Positions 40,341 through 52,933 are shown, counted from the first letter of the stretch. The stretch: 64,000 bases of DNA from Octopus bimaculoides (GCF_001194135.2 NC_068989.1:40728740-40792739), one strand, 5' to 3'. The notes: generated by a model not told the origin, from the letters alone. A program made the numbers and translations.

Positions 40341-40861
40341 TTCTCAACATAAAGCAATGTAGTTAATCAAAATATGCGCCTAAATTATCAACTCAACGTT
40401 GCCATTTTATTAGTAGCTTATTTATGCCGACAACGAAGAAGTCTAGAGAGCAAGATATGATGAAATAATGAAAGGCTGTTTTTGCATCTTCTTCAGATTT
40501 GAAGTTTTCTGCCTGCTAAAAGTTGTCTAATGCCTGGAAAACGTGATAATCAGCTGGTGTAAAGGTCGGGTGAATATGATGGATGACAGAGTACTTCCAA
40601 GTTCAGTTCCTGTAACTTGAGTAGCGTTCTTTGTATATGTTGTCACGCATTGTCTTGCAAGAGAATTGGCTTGTCTCTATTGGTCAATCTTGGTTGTTTA
40701 ATTACAATTCCACTCATCATTTATACATGCGCTGAAATTGACTTACCAGGTCTCATGAACCTGTAGTGGATGTCATCTGCGCTGGGCCACCAAACAGACA
40801 CTATTAGCATTTTTTTTTTTTATTTTTGGTGAATATTCTTTTTGGGATTGTGTTTTAGCAC

Positions 40862-41180
40862 TTAATCTCTATCCAACCACCGTGCAGGACGCTTGCTATT
40901 GTTGAAAAGAATCCATTTTTCAACTAATGTAACAATCCAGTGCAAATATATTTCGTCTTTATGCCGTGACAGCAAAGGGCAGCAAGTTTCAAGACGACGT
41001 GTCATCTGATGCTCGCTCAGTTCGTGTGTTACCCACTTGTCTAGATTCTTTATCTTGCCGATTCGTCTCAGACTGTCCAATACAGTTGGAATCAAAATTT
41101 CAAACCTTGCTGCTAACTCAGGCATGGTTTGAGATGAATCCGTTTCCACTACAGTTTCCAGCTCATCATTATCCAGTTTT
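40862..41180 (-). mobile_element. Mariner (Hsmar1/Mos1-like) transposase fragment
   Basis: Reads DNDELETVVETDSSQTMPELAARF...KNLDKWVTHELSEHQMTRRLETC...LHWIVTLVEKWILFNNSKRPARWLD: WVPHEL-like linker, and the first catalytic D of TGDEKW is replaced by V. Confidence 0.85.
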
Positions 41181-41287
41181 CTGATATTCCAACGACAAAT
41201 TGTCCATGTTTCACAAGAGTACAATAATGGTGATATAACGACAGCAAGATAAAGCATTAGTTTTGTATTAAGTCTTATTGTTAACAA
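41180..41287 (-). mobile_element. RTE LINE fragment fused in frame to the mariner fragment
   Basis: Reads TIRLNTKLMLYLAVVISPLLYSCETWTICRWNIRKL; same family as 37005-37150. Confidence 0.75.
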
Positions 41288-41426
41288 AGTATATCACATC
41301 AAATCCCACCCAATTCCATCCAAACCTGGCATGTCAATCAATGTTTACTCAAATACACGTTTTATACGTATCAAGTGAGCACAAACAGAATCGACATATT
41401 GCCAGATTTTACCTACAGAAAATCTA

Positions 41427-41467
<41 letters not shown>

Positions 41468-42189
41468 ATGTGTGTGTGTGTGTGTGTGTGTGTGCATATC
41501 TTTAATATAAGCAATTATCAATGATTTCTACAAACCTAATGATAGTTCCTAAACGTCCATTTTGATGCATGGACACAAGAAAATCCCATTTCCATCTTAG
41601 TATTTAAGAGACGTCTTCTAGAAAATCAAATCAAATATAGTTCTTCGTAACAAAGAAAGCAGAAAGACTTTCCAAGTTTATAAGCAATATCCCTGCTTAT
41701 AACTTCCCACTCTACCGATAAGCTTTTTTGGGGTATCTTTTAAATCCCAAATAAATTTACTAAGGCTAGTGGAAGCAAAACCTATTTTTATTATTAAAGA
41801 TGTGAATATGATTAGCAATACGTTTTTTAAAAAAAAATTTTGCGTAACACCAGTACAAACGAAATTTTTACCTTCAGATTATACCTTCAACCTGTAAACA
41901 ATATTTTTTCGTTTAAAATAATTCTTAAATAAATATTTACTTTTAACTCTGCAGTCACAAAGTGCATTATCTGTATCCTTTACATTATGATTCTGTTTCT
42001 CATCGTTACAAATTAGATTTTTAATGTTTGTAGTTTTACATACATTCTAAAGGTTAGGATGAGATTTTACTCGAGTAGCTTCCCTTTGCACGTTAGATGT
42101 CCGACGTTCACTCTCCTTTTTGCGTTTATTCCATTGCTATTAATAGAACAGCGTTTGCTATGGTTACAATTATAAAAATAGTACAATCT

Positions 42190-43060
42190 GGTATAAGTTT
42201 CTAGATACAGAATGACGACGATAAAACTGAACCTTTTGTTCCTAAAAGACCGAGAATTATTTTAAAGGATCATAAGGAGATTTGTAGTAGCGTTAAAGTT
42301 AGATTGATTTGCCCTGTTAAATCTGATTTGGGAAAACTTAGTAGCGCAATTTTAGATAAGTATATTCCTGTTTTTAAAGAAAAAAATAAGATTGCAACTC
42401 TGCTCTAATACGTTTGAGGAAATTGATTGGTTTAATAGAATTAAATTCAATTGTAGGAGTAAATTTATGCAAATAGTTATTGATAGCTATTACTCTTCAA
42501 TTAACCAAACTGTCTTAAATAAAGCCCTCAAATTTGCAAAAAATAACTCTAATATCAACATGGATGAAATAAGGATTATTTTAGCTGCTAGAAGAACGAT
42601 TGTAGGGTGCGAGAATAAGTATTGGACTAAGATTAATAGTATGGATGGATTTGATATAGTAATAGGACAGGCAAATTCCTCTCAAGTAACAGATTTGGTT
42701 AGGATTTGTATTCTATTAATCCTAGAAGGGACTTTCCTGATCTGGAAGGAGGTCTTTATAGGGATGATGCCCTTTTTACCTTAGGAATATGTCTAATAGA
42801 AAGGTAGAACGCTGTAAGAAAAACTTTCCTAGGCTGTTTAAGAGTTTTGGACTCTCTTTAACGATTGAAAATGAGCATGAATCGGTGAACTTCCTTGACG
42901 TTAATCTTAATCTTGTTACTTGTCAGTATCAACCACACCATAAACCCAACTCTAGTCTTAGGTATATTAACTTTGAAAGCAACCATCCTGGTTCTGTGAA
43001 AAGTTTTTTTAGCTTATACTTCCAAAAGAATTTCAAATTTATTATCTAAGAGGTTGTCGA
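42190..43060 (+). mobile_element. Penelope-like retroelement reverse transcriptase fossil
   Basis: Motifs LKDHK (42262), RLICPVKSDLGK, IDWF, DSYYSSI, ALKFA, FDIVIG, GLYRDD (42751-42768, frameshifted), VNFLDVNLNL and KPN...Y.N.ESNHP: the PLE RT series. Confidence 0.9.
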
Positions 43061-43164
43061 TAAAGCTCTATATAAACAGAAATTATTTAAGAACAGTAAT
43101 TCGGAACAGTAATTATTTATATCGAATTGTAGGAAAGAATAAGAGATTTTGTTGTTTAAGAGAT

Positions 43165-43291
43165 GGAACCATGTTATAACTTCACCTGTACAGGACCATA
43201 ACGCAAGACACTTGCCCAAGGTGACATACAGCTACACCTGCACTTATATGTGCATATATATACATTTATATGTATGTGCATATGTGTATAT

Positions 43292-43323
<32 letters not shown>

Positions 43324-43540
43324 TCTTTTATTCTTTTCCTTTATTCATTTACTTGTTTCAGTCATTCGACTGCAGCCATGCTTGTTCACCACCTTTAGTC
43401 GAACAATCGAGACCAGGACTTATTCTTTGTAAGTCTTGTATTTATTCTATCGGTCTCTTTTGCTGAGCCGCTAATTACGGTGACATAAACACACCAACAT
43501 CGATTGTCAGGTGATAGTGGGGGACAAACACAAATATATA
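43165..43540 (-). mobile_element. SINE family C, antisense, at the 3' side of the Penelope fossil
   Basis: gacacttgcccaaggtg (CORE-like), a (TA) microsatellite, then cttgtttcagtcattcgactgcagccatg...aaacacaccaacatcg. Confidence 0.65.
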
Positions 43541-43926
43541 CATACGTATTTATATATATATATATATATATATATCAATATATATATCTATAAAACAGAT
43601 GATGTTTGTGTGTGTGTGTACGTGAATGTGGGTGGTGCACGTCCACAAATTAGCACGCATGTCGCTCCAATTTTAGGAGGACACTGTTCATGACCCTATC
43701 TGTGTTTTTGTCAACTTTTTCTCACAGAGGCACCCGCGTATAGCTGTAAAAATCGATAAACTTTTACCAATCTTGAAGTTTGTTGACATGGCGAAATCAA
43801 ATCTGTGCGTACGCGCGTGAAGGAGAGAGAGAGCAAGAGAGAGAGAAAGAAAGAAAGAGAGGGAGAAAGAAAGAGAGAAAGAAAGAAATAGTGTTTGTGA
43901 CAAGGGGAGAAACAGTGTTTGCCAAG

Positions 43927-44759
43927 NNNNNNNNNNNNNNNNNNNNNNNNNNNNNNNNNNNNNNNNNNNNNNNNNNNNNNNNNNNNNNNNNNNNNNNNNN
44001 NNNNNNNNNNNNNNNNNNNNNNNNNNNNNNNNNNNNNNNNNNNNNNNNNNNNNNNNNNNNNNNNNNNNNNNNNNNNNNNNNNNNNNNNNNNNNNNNNNNN
44101 NNNNNNNNNNNNNNNNNNNNNNNNNNNNNNNNNNNNNNNNNNNNNNNNNNNNNNNNNNNNNNNNNNNNNNNNNNNNNNNNNNNNNNNNNNNNNNNNNNNN
44201 NNNNNNNNNNNNNNNNNNNNNNNNNNNNNNNNNNNNNNNNNNNNNNNNNNNNNNNNNNNNNNNNNNNNNNNNNNNNNNNNNNNNNNNNNNNNNNNNNNNN
44301 NNNNNNNNNNNNNNNNNNNNNNNNNNNNNNNNNNNNNNNNNNNNNNNNNNNNNNNNNNNNNNNNNNNNNNNNNNNNNNNNNNNNNNNNNNNNNNNNNNNN
44401 NNNNNNNNNNNNNNNNNNNNNNNNNNNNNNNNNNNNNNNNNNNNNNNNNNNNNNNNNNNNNNNNNNNNNNNNNNNNNNNNNNNNNNNNNNNNNNNNNNNN
44501 NNNNNNNNNNNNNNNNNNNNNNNNNNNNNNNNNNNNNNNNNNNNNNNNNNNNNNNNNNNNNNNNNNNNNNNNNNNNNNNNNNNNNNNNNNNNNNNNNNNN
44601 NNNNNNNNNNNNNNNNNNNNNNNNNNNNNNNNNNNNNNNNNNNNNNNNNNNNNNNNNNNNNNNNNNNNNNNNNNNNNNNNNNNNNNNNNNNNNNNNNNNN
44701 NNNNNNNNNNNNNNNNNNNNNNNNNNNNNNNNNNNNNNNNNNNNNNNNNNNNNNNNNNN
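43927..44759. other. Assembly gap, the largest of nine
   Basis: N run. The other gaps are 4316-4366, 10807-10969, 14056-14069, 20305-20404, 22053-22123, 32698-32708, 35571-35776 and 52856-52933; most abut microsatellites. Confidence 1.
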
Positions 44760-44799
<40 letters not shown>

Positions 44800-44801
<2 letters not shown>

Positions 44802-44960
44802 GATGGGCTTCTTTCAGTTTCTGTCTACCAAATCCATTCACAAGTCTTTCGTCGGCCGGAGTCGATAGTAGAAAACACTTACCGAAGGTCCCACGCATTG
44901 GGACTGAACCCGGAACTTTGTGGTTTGGAAACAAGCTTTTTATCACACAGCTACGCTGCG
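44800..44960 (-). mobile_element. SINE family C head, antisense
   Basis: gggcttctttcagtttctgtctaccaaatccattcacaag...gggactgaacccggaac...aagctttttatcacacagctacg. Confidence 0.75.
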
Positions 44961-45178
44961 CTTATGTATATATAAATATATCTATGTATATATACATATG
45001 TATATATATATGTGTATATATATGTGCATATATACGTGTCTGTGTGTATATATATGTGTGTGTATGTATGTTTATGTCTATAAATATATATATATATAGA
45101 TATATATGTGTGTGTATGTATATGTATATATGCATGCGTATATATGTATATATGTGTGTATCTACATACATACATACA
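44960..45178. repeat. Degenerate (TA)/(TG) microsatellite
   Basis: Direct reading. Confidence 0.9.
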
Positions 45179-45179
45179 C

Positions 45180-46000
45180 CCGACAGTTGGATGGATGACC
45201 AAATGAGGTTTATTTCTCAACATAGTTGCCGTTGCTTTCCACACGCTTCTTCCATCGGTGTTACTCTGCTCTGATCTCATTGCTTTGAACGTGTTGATTC
45301 TGTTGGTCAAAAAATTCATTTATAGCCGCTATGATGTCATCAACACATCGATACTTTTTCCCATGCAAGTGTTCTTTCATGTTAAGAAAACAGGTAAAAG
45401 TAATATGGGATCAAATAAGAAGAATAGAGATGGTGATCGATCATTTCAAAGTCACAGCCACGCACCGCGACCGTTGGAATTTGCGCTGAAGGTATTGTCT
45501 TAATGAAACAAGACACTTGATCTTTTTCGGCCTGTTGTACCTCCCTTAGTTATCATAGTACAGTCTATCGATGACGCGGCCCTTTTGAAGATAGTCAATA
45601 ACCACAATACCCTTTGCATCCCAAAAAGCTGACGTCATCTTCTTCCCTGCTGAGGAAACAATCTTGGCAGGTGAGAAAGGGTGTTTCTACTTCGTAGGGT
45701 GTTTCCACTTCGTAGGGTGTTTCTACTTCGAAGGGTGTTTCTACTTCGTAGGTTGTCTCTTTATCTCTCTCTCAGTGATGAATCTAACACACATTTTAGT
45801 TGCCAAATGCTCAAGGAAACCGCTTGCCTGTACCTCAATGTTAAATTTGACTGCGATGTAATCAGCCTAGTGCGCTTTTGATGAGGTGTCAGAAGACGTG
45901 GCACCCACCAAGCAGACAGCTTCGTCATACTAAGTTCATTTTGCATAATATTCCGAACTGTTCCACAGGATATGCTAATAGAATTAGCTATTTATTTTAC
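45180..46000 (-). mobile_element. Mariner transposase fossil
   Basis: Reads KLSAWWVPRLLTPHQKRTR; KHPFSPAKIVSSAGKKMTSAFWDAKGIVVIDYLQKG; FEMIDHHLYSSYLIPYYFYLF (decayed YSPDLAPSD); NMKEHLHGKKY. Multiple stops and frameshifts. Confidence 0.85.
45678..45749. repeat. 18-bp tandem repeat (agggtgtttctacttcgt) x4
   Basis: Units start at 45678, 45696, 45714 and 45732. Confidence 0.95.
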
Positions 46001-46639
46001 AGTCAATCGTCTGTCATCAATCACCATGTGGTGCATACTATCAGTGTCTTCCTCGGTGGTGATAGTTACCCTCCAAAAATCAACTGCCGAATTTTCAGTT
46101 GTAGATAAAGCTGGAGCGTCATCTAATATAGTAACTATTTCAGTATGAATGTCCTTGGTGAGGCTAAACACTTTTTCTTGATTACATCATGATGCCAAAT
46201 TTTGGCGATTTTCAAGAGAAGTCGCGACTAGTTACTTCTGAAGTTTTTTAAAAGTCAAGCCAGTGTGGCACAGCAGGTGTATTAAGCTAGTATAATCCCA
46301 AGCTTAAAAAACAATGATGACTTAATCTATCACATTGTGAATTTTCGTATACAGTGTAGAATTTGTTTTTATTTATAGCAGCTTCTTCGTCCCTTATATA
46401 TTGAGTAGTACTCTGACGTAGGCAATGAATAAAGGTTGCAGGAGTCCTGCAACTCATATGAGGAAGCTATTGTCTGACTGAAGATACTAAATCACCAAGC
46501 ATGGGTTTAAAAATTGCAGCATTTTGATGTCGTTTACTTTCCAAGCTTGTGGCGTGAAGTATTAACAATAAAAAGTATTAATTAATTAAAAATGAGGAGG
46601 TAAAAGTATGCATGAATGCCTCCGAAAAACGGTCAAACA

Positions 46640-46960
46640 AAAGTATTTCATCAAATTTTCTCTGTAGGTTATTGACGTCTGTGTTACAAAGTAACACTAG
46701 GAAGTTTGGACAAAAATTTTACCACCAAACGAGTGGTTGCACCATGGCAATTAATTTCGCTAATGTCTTCATGACGAAATTCGAAACATAGCTACTGAAG
46801 ACATTCAACGATATTAATAAAGTATTAATATGAAAAAGCTTTTTATTTTCAACTTTTCCAAAGAATTTAATAAAACTAAATCATTTTGTACGATTTCGAA
46901 AACAAAGAAAAATCTTATACTTGACTACCACGTTTCAGCTGGTAATTATATTTCAGTGAT
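46640..46960 (+). mobile_element. Penelope-like RT remnant
   Basis: Reads KFYHQTSGCTMAINFANVFMTKFET*LL, matching Y.Q..G.AMG...A..FANLFM..FE. Confidence 0.5.
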
Positions 46961-47203
46961 TATTATTTCAAACTATTTATGTGCGACGAAATGTCCGGGT
47001 AGACGTGACAGTTGAATACAACTGATGAGTTTCTCATTTTGAGATTCGTAATTACTTCAGATATCAGGCGACATGCGAATGATAAATTGCATACATTGAC
47101 TCAGGGGTACTCTCAAGACTATGACAATTCAATATGTACAACAAAAGGATTTTATTAACATTATCTCAAGTTTTAGAAAGTAGGTTTCAATATTTGATGC
47201 TTC

Positions 47204-47449
47204 TATTGGTTTGTCCGGAAAGTTCGTGCCGATTTTTAAAGGAAAGAAAAAGGTCAATAAATACTTGCCATTACATTTTTAATCAAGCAAATATGAACCA
47301 TTTGGTTGCACAATGGGTCTCCATCTTTCCTTTAACTTGAAAATACCCTCATCCCAAAATTGAGGTGCTTTCATGGTAAATAAGTCGAAAGGTACGAACT
47401 TTCGACTTATTTGCCATAAGTCGGCATGAACTTTGCGGACAATCCAATA
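47204..47449 (-). mobile_element. Mariner-derived MITE (internal deletion derivative)
   Basis: TA-flanked TIRs ttggtttgtccggaaagttcgtgccga / tcggcatgaactttgcggacaatccaa. It keeps the transposase C-terminus KAPQFWDEGIFKLKERWRPIVQPNGSYLLD*. Confidence 0.85.
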
Positions 47450-47689
47450 TTATTACAGTTCTAATATTGCTTTTGTTCTTTTATTAATTGCATTTTTCCT
47501 CAATCGTGGTTTTCATTATTATTCTTGTTCTCTTATTTGTATGCTTGACCTGTTTTATTTAATATTCTTCAGTTTTTCTTGCAATTATGTTTTTGATTAT
47601 TTCTATTTAATTATTTTATGTTTGCTATCGGTAATTCATCAATTCTCAAGACTTGTGTCATGTTGTTGGTCTTACAATTATTATTGATT

Positions 47690-48150
47690 GTGAGAGAGCA
47701 GCACACGCCATTAAAGTGACGCTGGGGGTACAAATATACTGAGTCCAATACAGCCATCATAACTGCCCATCTGATAAGGAAACAACAGACACATGCACCA
47801 CAACCATACACGTGTGACATGGTGACCTCATATCAAGACAAATAGCGCAAGACCTTGCAAGTGAGATCCAGTTACAATTTTCTTCGGGTTGAGTAGACCA
47901 CTCCGCTCAAAAAGTCCCTGAATATGGGTTGTTTAAGGATGATGAACAAAGTACCTATGTTGTTAGGTGTGAATCATTAGGCCCCAAAGAATCCTTCTGA
48001 ACATATGGCTACGATGGTTCCTCTCTAATCCTGCTCATCATCAGAGATGCACATGTCGTCAGCCACTAAAGGAGATACTCAAGAATTTATGGTCAAGCAC
48101 TTGACATGCAAGTCTCTGGTATTGAGCAAAATATTTGATGTAGTCCGTTG
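47690..48150. mobile_element. Unclassified interspersed repeat, probably a retroposon 3' region
   Basis: GC-richer non-coding block between AT-rich flanks; no ORF. The classification is a recollection and has not been verified. Confidence 0.3.
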
Positions 48151-48190
48151 TTTACACAGAAACAAATCTTGTACATATGCCAATAGTAGA

Positions 48191-48224
<34 letters not shown>

Positions 48225-48234
48225 TGTTTTCTTT

Positions 48235-48460
48235 AAGGCAGCGAGCTGGTAGAATCGGCAGCACGCCGGACAAAATGCTTAGAGGCATTTCGTCCGTCTT
48301 TACGTTCTCAGTTGAAATTCTACCAAGTTCGACCTTGCGCTTCATCCTTTCCGGGTTGATAAAATAAGTACCAGTTGAATATTGAGGGGGGGGGTCAATG
48401 TAATCGACTATCCTCCTTCCTAAATTTCAAGCCTTGTGTCTAAAGTAGAAAGGATTATCC
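48235..48460 (+). mobile_element. SINE family B, full length, after (ATT)n
   Basis: aaggcagcgagctggtagaatcg...gttgataaaataagtaccag...agaaaggattat. Confidence 0.85.
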
Positions 48461-48959
48461 ATCATCATCTCACGTGTTTTAATCTTGTTATCGTTAATAG
48501 AGTGTTAGTAAAGTTCTCTGAGTTGTCTTCATGTTGGCATTTTATTAGTGATGATGACGACGACGATGATTATGATAATAATGATGATCTATCTTATTAT
48601 AAGTCTGAGTACAATTCAATGAATTCTTTTAAATATATATTACTGTTATCTATTTTATCAGAGCCCGACCCATGAATGTAAAGGCATTTCGACACAAAAA
48701 GAAGACATAAAGAACGATCACTTTAATGACGCTATATTAATACTGATGCTCTGGTGATTAATGATGACAATTGTGATGGTGGTGGGGGTCGTGGCGGTCG
48801 TAGCGGTCGTGGTGGTCGTGGTAGTGGTGATTATAATGATGGTGGTAAAGGGGGAGACGTTAATTCCTGATATATTGATTGATAATGATGATATAACAAG
48901 GTTGGTGGTGATGATGATCCTTATCGTTCCTTTATCTTTTTACGCGTCCCTGTCATTAG

Positions 48960-49140
48960 ACTTAGGCCATGGTGGGGCACCGCCTTGAATATTTAGTCGA
49001 AAGGGCACACCCCGGTACAATTTTTTAAAGCCTGGTACTTACTGTGTCGGTTCTTTTGTCAAGCTGCTAGATAACAGAGATGTAAACACACCAACACCGG
49101 TTGTCAGGTAGTGCTGGGGGACGGAGGCAAAGACACACAC
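48960..49140 (-). mobile_element. 3' module of SINE family C, antisense
   Basis: ggccatggtggggcaccgcc...ctggtactta...gatgtaaacacaccaacaccggttgtc. Confidence 0.6.
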
Positions 49141-50263
49141 ACACATAATATACTTGTACTTGGTAAGCTAGCTTCTTAACACACAGCCACGTCTACGTCT
49201 GATGGTCACGCATTTTTCATAATCCTTTTTTTTTTTTAATTATTTAGATTCCTTTGACCCTCATCGAAGAGACCTGTTGCTAAAGGCAATCCAAACTTGC
49301 CTATTCCTTCTATTTGCAAGACAGTGTTTCTAGGATGATATTGTCAACGGTCTCCCTTCTTTTTAATATGCTAATATGTAGTTTGGAGATGCATGGCTTT
49401 TATTTCTAACAGGTGGAATGACGAAGTAGAGGAAACGTCTTCATATATTTTTTTTTTCCTTTTTGTATAAAATCATGAAAGTAATGTGACATACATAACA
49501 GTTCAGATTCTGAAGAAAACCTGATTATTTTGACGTCACTTTTCCAATTTTGAATTCTACATTTGAAAATGAATATCGATAAACTATATTGGAACTGTTA
49601 TGACGACATTCACGAAGGCATAAAACGATTTTACCACCGCCACCAACTCTACTACAGCTTAATGAATGCCTCTACGTATGACACTGGGATTTTAATGTTG
49701 TGTTTAATGTTGTATTTTCATTGCAAATATTGCTGTTCAAAATATTCTTGGTAAACGGAAAATATTGAATAAACTTCTGGATTCCATTTCTTTCTTATTC
49801 CTGTATTTTAAATCGATAATGCTTCAAAATAAACTAAGTTCTACAAAATGGACTAGACATTTTTCTTTTCACCACATAACTTTTCTACAGTTCCAATTAA
49901 TGAAAGTGATGTCACCTATTTAACTCTTCTTTATTATGTGAATAACGTTGAGAAGGATTTAGATTTTTAAACATCTTTTCTTTCTTCTTAGTTCTATATA
50001 TTTATTCTGCGATATAATAGCTAAATAATCAGGCAGAAGATACACTTACGAACATAAGCAAGAATAAGGAAGAAACATATGAGAGAAACATCCCGTAATT
50101 ACTGAAAGAATAAGATTAGAAACTAATTCTTTTTTTTTTTTTTTTTCAATATATTTAGTTTTTAGTGTATTTTTTTATGTTGTATGCATTGCAAATACTT
50201 TCACTCACTTATATGATAGTATTTCATTGCCGTAATGCAAATGTTATCTTCTACTTCCTGTAG

Positions 50264-50414
50264 CGGTTCCAGTAATACAATCAGTGAGGAAGTGGAATCC
50301 AAAAGAATCTGTCTCAACCCTTCCGGTTCAGTGCATACATCCATAAGCCGTTCATGTCACCAACGTCCCCGCCGCAATTTTCACACAGTAGAAACGTTAA
50401 AAGCAAGAAGACAA
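50264..50414 (+). CDS. GPCR exon: ICL3
   Basis: ttctacttcctgtag|C acceptor and CAA|gtcagt donor. Phase 2 in (TG+C = Cys), phase 0 out, exactly bridging the flanking exons. Reads GSSNTISEEVESKRICLNPSGSVHTSISRSCHQRPRRNFHTVETLKARRQ, ending in the basic pre-TM6 motif. Confidence 0.85.
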
Positions 50415-52246
50415 GTCAGTATTCAATATCATTTCTTTTATTACCTCTCATCTTTATTTATTTTTTTCTTTTCATTGAACAAGTAAATGAAAATAAACCA
50501 CAGGAATAAAACATCTACAGCATATATGGTAAATTGGGGAATTCCTGACTTCTCTGGATTTAAAAAAAAAGAGATGAGTGCCTTAGATATTGGCTTTGAT
50601 ATGCTTCAAGAAAAGTGGCAGGATAACACATTCCAGGTTGCCCTCGTATTTATCTAATTGTCCATTGTTTCCATTTAATCATTATCTTCCAATGCGAAAC
50701 AGATAAACTATCGCCTCTTTTAAACACTAAGGTCCCTACAGATTTATGGTTCTCCCAGACTAGAAAATCCGCAAAGTAATTTAATTTGCTGTGCCACTAT
50801 CGTTTCTAGAAAGGGTCAATTTTTCTCCCAAGTGCGTTCGCATAGTTCCGTGTTCCTCTTAAAATTATTCCCATCGATACCTGTTACTCTAGCCGCATTA
50901 TCAATTTGACATTAGGGTTACTCATAATTCCTGCTCGATGAAATGAGAAGTTGTGATGTTTGTGCTTTTTCTGCCGGCATTATCAGTAAACGTGTAAAAA
51001 GATAACTTCATACCAAGTTTGAAAATCCATTGGGCTTCGGATTATCGGTAAATTACTTTATTATTTACACCATTTCTTTTCGTTTTACATTTCAATCTCT
51101 TTCCACTAGATACTAAAATACTCTTCTTTAGCTGCATATTTTGTTGGTTGACCAGACGTTAGTCTATTACACACAATTTCTTTTATCTACGTTGCTGTGA
51201 TTTGTTGTCAGATGAAGGAGAGCTGAAATTACACCACCCACATTTGTGATACATCCCTCTATGTGTCTTGTGTCGGAATTTTCTCGTCGGTTGCAGCATG
51301 TGCTGGTGTGTTTCCCTCTGATGTCCACTTCATCATATTGGTGTAATTCAACGATCTGTTATGTCACTCAGCTACTTCTTATTGTACCTAACTATGTGCA
51401 TTAACTATTCATCATAAATAATACTCAACCCAACTCATATAACCCTACTCACCACTTCCCCTTAATCTTCTGCCCACAGATGATATGCAACAGTAAGCTA
51501 CAAACTTCACACCAAATTTGAACTGATTCCATAAATAGACACCTCGAAATGGAGATGTAACTCTTTTATCTCATTAAATTCTTCAATAGTACAAACACAC
51601 AATCCCTGTGTGCATATTTAATATACTTTCTTTTTTTTGGACTACTCACAGTTAAATTGCTCAAAGTCGCCACATACATCTTACCTTACAACCTCTGATA
51701 ACATCTGGCAATATCACATTCGCAACACAATAAACAGTGTGATGCTCGGTCACACACGCACGCACGCACGCACGCACAAAGAGGGCCATCCTAGAACACG
51801 TTTAAAATAAATCTACCGATTAGCTGAAACACCCAAGGTAGCATATTTCAACTCTGTTTTAGAAATATGTTTATTTTATGCTGTTATTATATTTTGTATC
51901 GCTACTACAACGGCTTATGCTCTCAAGGCAAACTAGCCTTATAATGTTTCCATTCCTACCTTCAGCATACTCTAGCCTTCTCCTATCCACTCCTTACTTT
52001 GCTTCATAATAGATTTAAGTTCTACCTGCCAATCATTGGTTTATTTTGGATATCGACCTATCCAGGCAAGATCGTTTATGTATCTTCGGGTTCCTCAAAC
52101 AAGACAATTCAGAGATAAGTAACAGTAGCTACAGAAATAATACTAACCAACTAACTAACCAACCAACCAAATATCAATCGAATAATGACTTCATTGAAAT
52201 ACCCTTCCTCTTCAATCAAATAATTTGTTTATTATTTCTATTTCAG

Positions 52247-52366
52247 GTGATGAAAATGTTAATTACAATTGTCATAGGATTTCTCATCTGCTGGGGACCA
52301 CGGTTGATTCTACGCGTTGTCCAACAGAGCCAGTATCTTCATTTTGAACATGCACCTTTAATGAAG
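52247..52366 (+). CDS. GPCR exon: TM6-ECL3
   Basis: tttctatttcag|GTG acceptor and AAG|gtagat donor. Reads VMKMLITIVIGFLICWGPRLILRVVQQSQYLHFEHAPLMK with the CWxP motif. 120 nt, phase 0/0. Confidence 0.93.
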
Positions 52367-52933
52367 GTAGATGCACTTTTTGTGTTGTTTTACTTTTTGT
52401 TTCGTCTCAGATATCCGGTAAGCAGACGTGAAGCACTTTCAATGCTTAGTTACATCTATCGACACTGTAAATAGTTGTGTTGATAGGACACCGGAAAAAT
52501 AGTCAAGATGTAGCCGGTTGGGTATTCGTTACTTGTACAGAAAAATTGCAAATGGCTGCGTTGATAGGAAAACCGACAAATAGTCAAGAGGCAGGATGGT
52601 ACGACTTTCTCCATCTGTCGACAGTGGATAAGTTTTCTAGGTCGGTTTTAAAAATATGCATAGAGTCTCCAAGCAATCCACGGGCTCTGAGCACATGATC
52701 TATACAAGTTACGAATCACGACAATAAAACAAGAGAAATCACAAGAAAAAGACGAGAGGAAGATAGCTGCAGATAGTGGAAGAGTGAAAGAAACTGGAGT
52801 CCTTTTTGTTGAGCTTACCCTGATGGAATGGTTATATATATATATATATATATATNNNNNNNNNNNNNNNNNNNNNNNNNNNNNNNNNNNNNNNNNNNNN
52901 NNNNNNNNNNNNNNNNNNNNNNNNNNNNNNNNN

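Noticed and set aside
45678-45749. CRISPR-like array (also 11942 and the SINE arrays)
   Set aside because: No unique spacers, no cas genes, and a eukaryotic context; these are plain tandem repeats.
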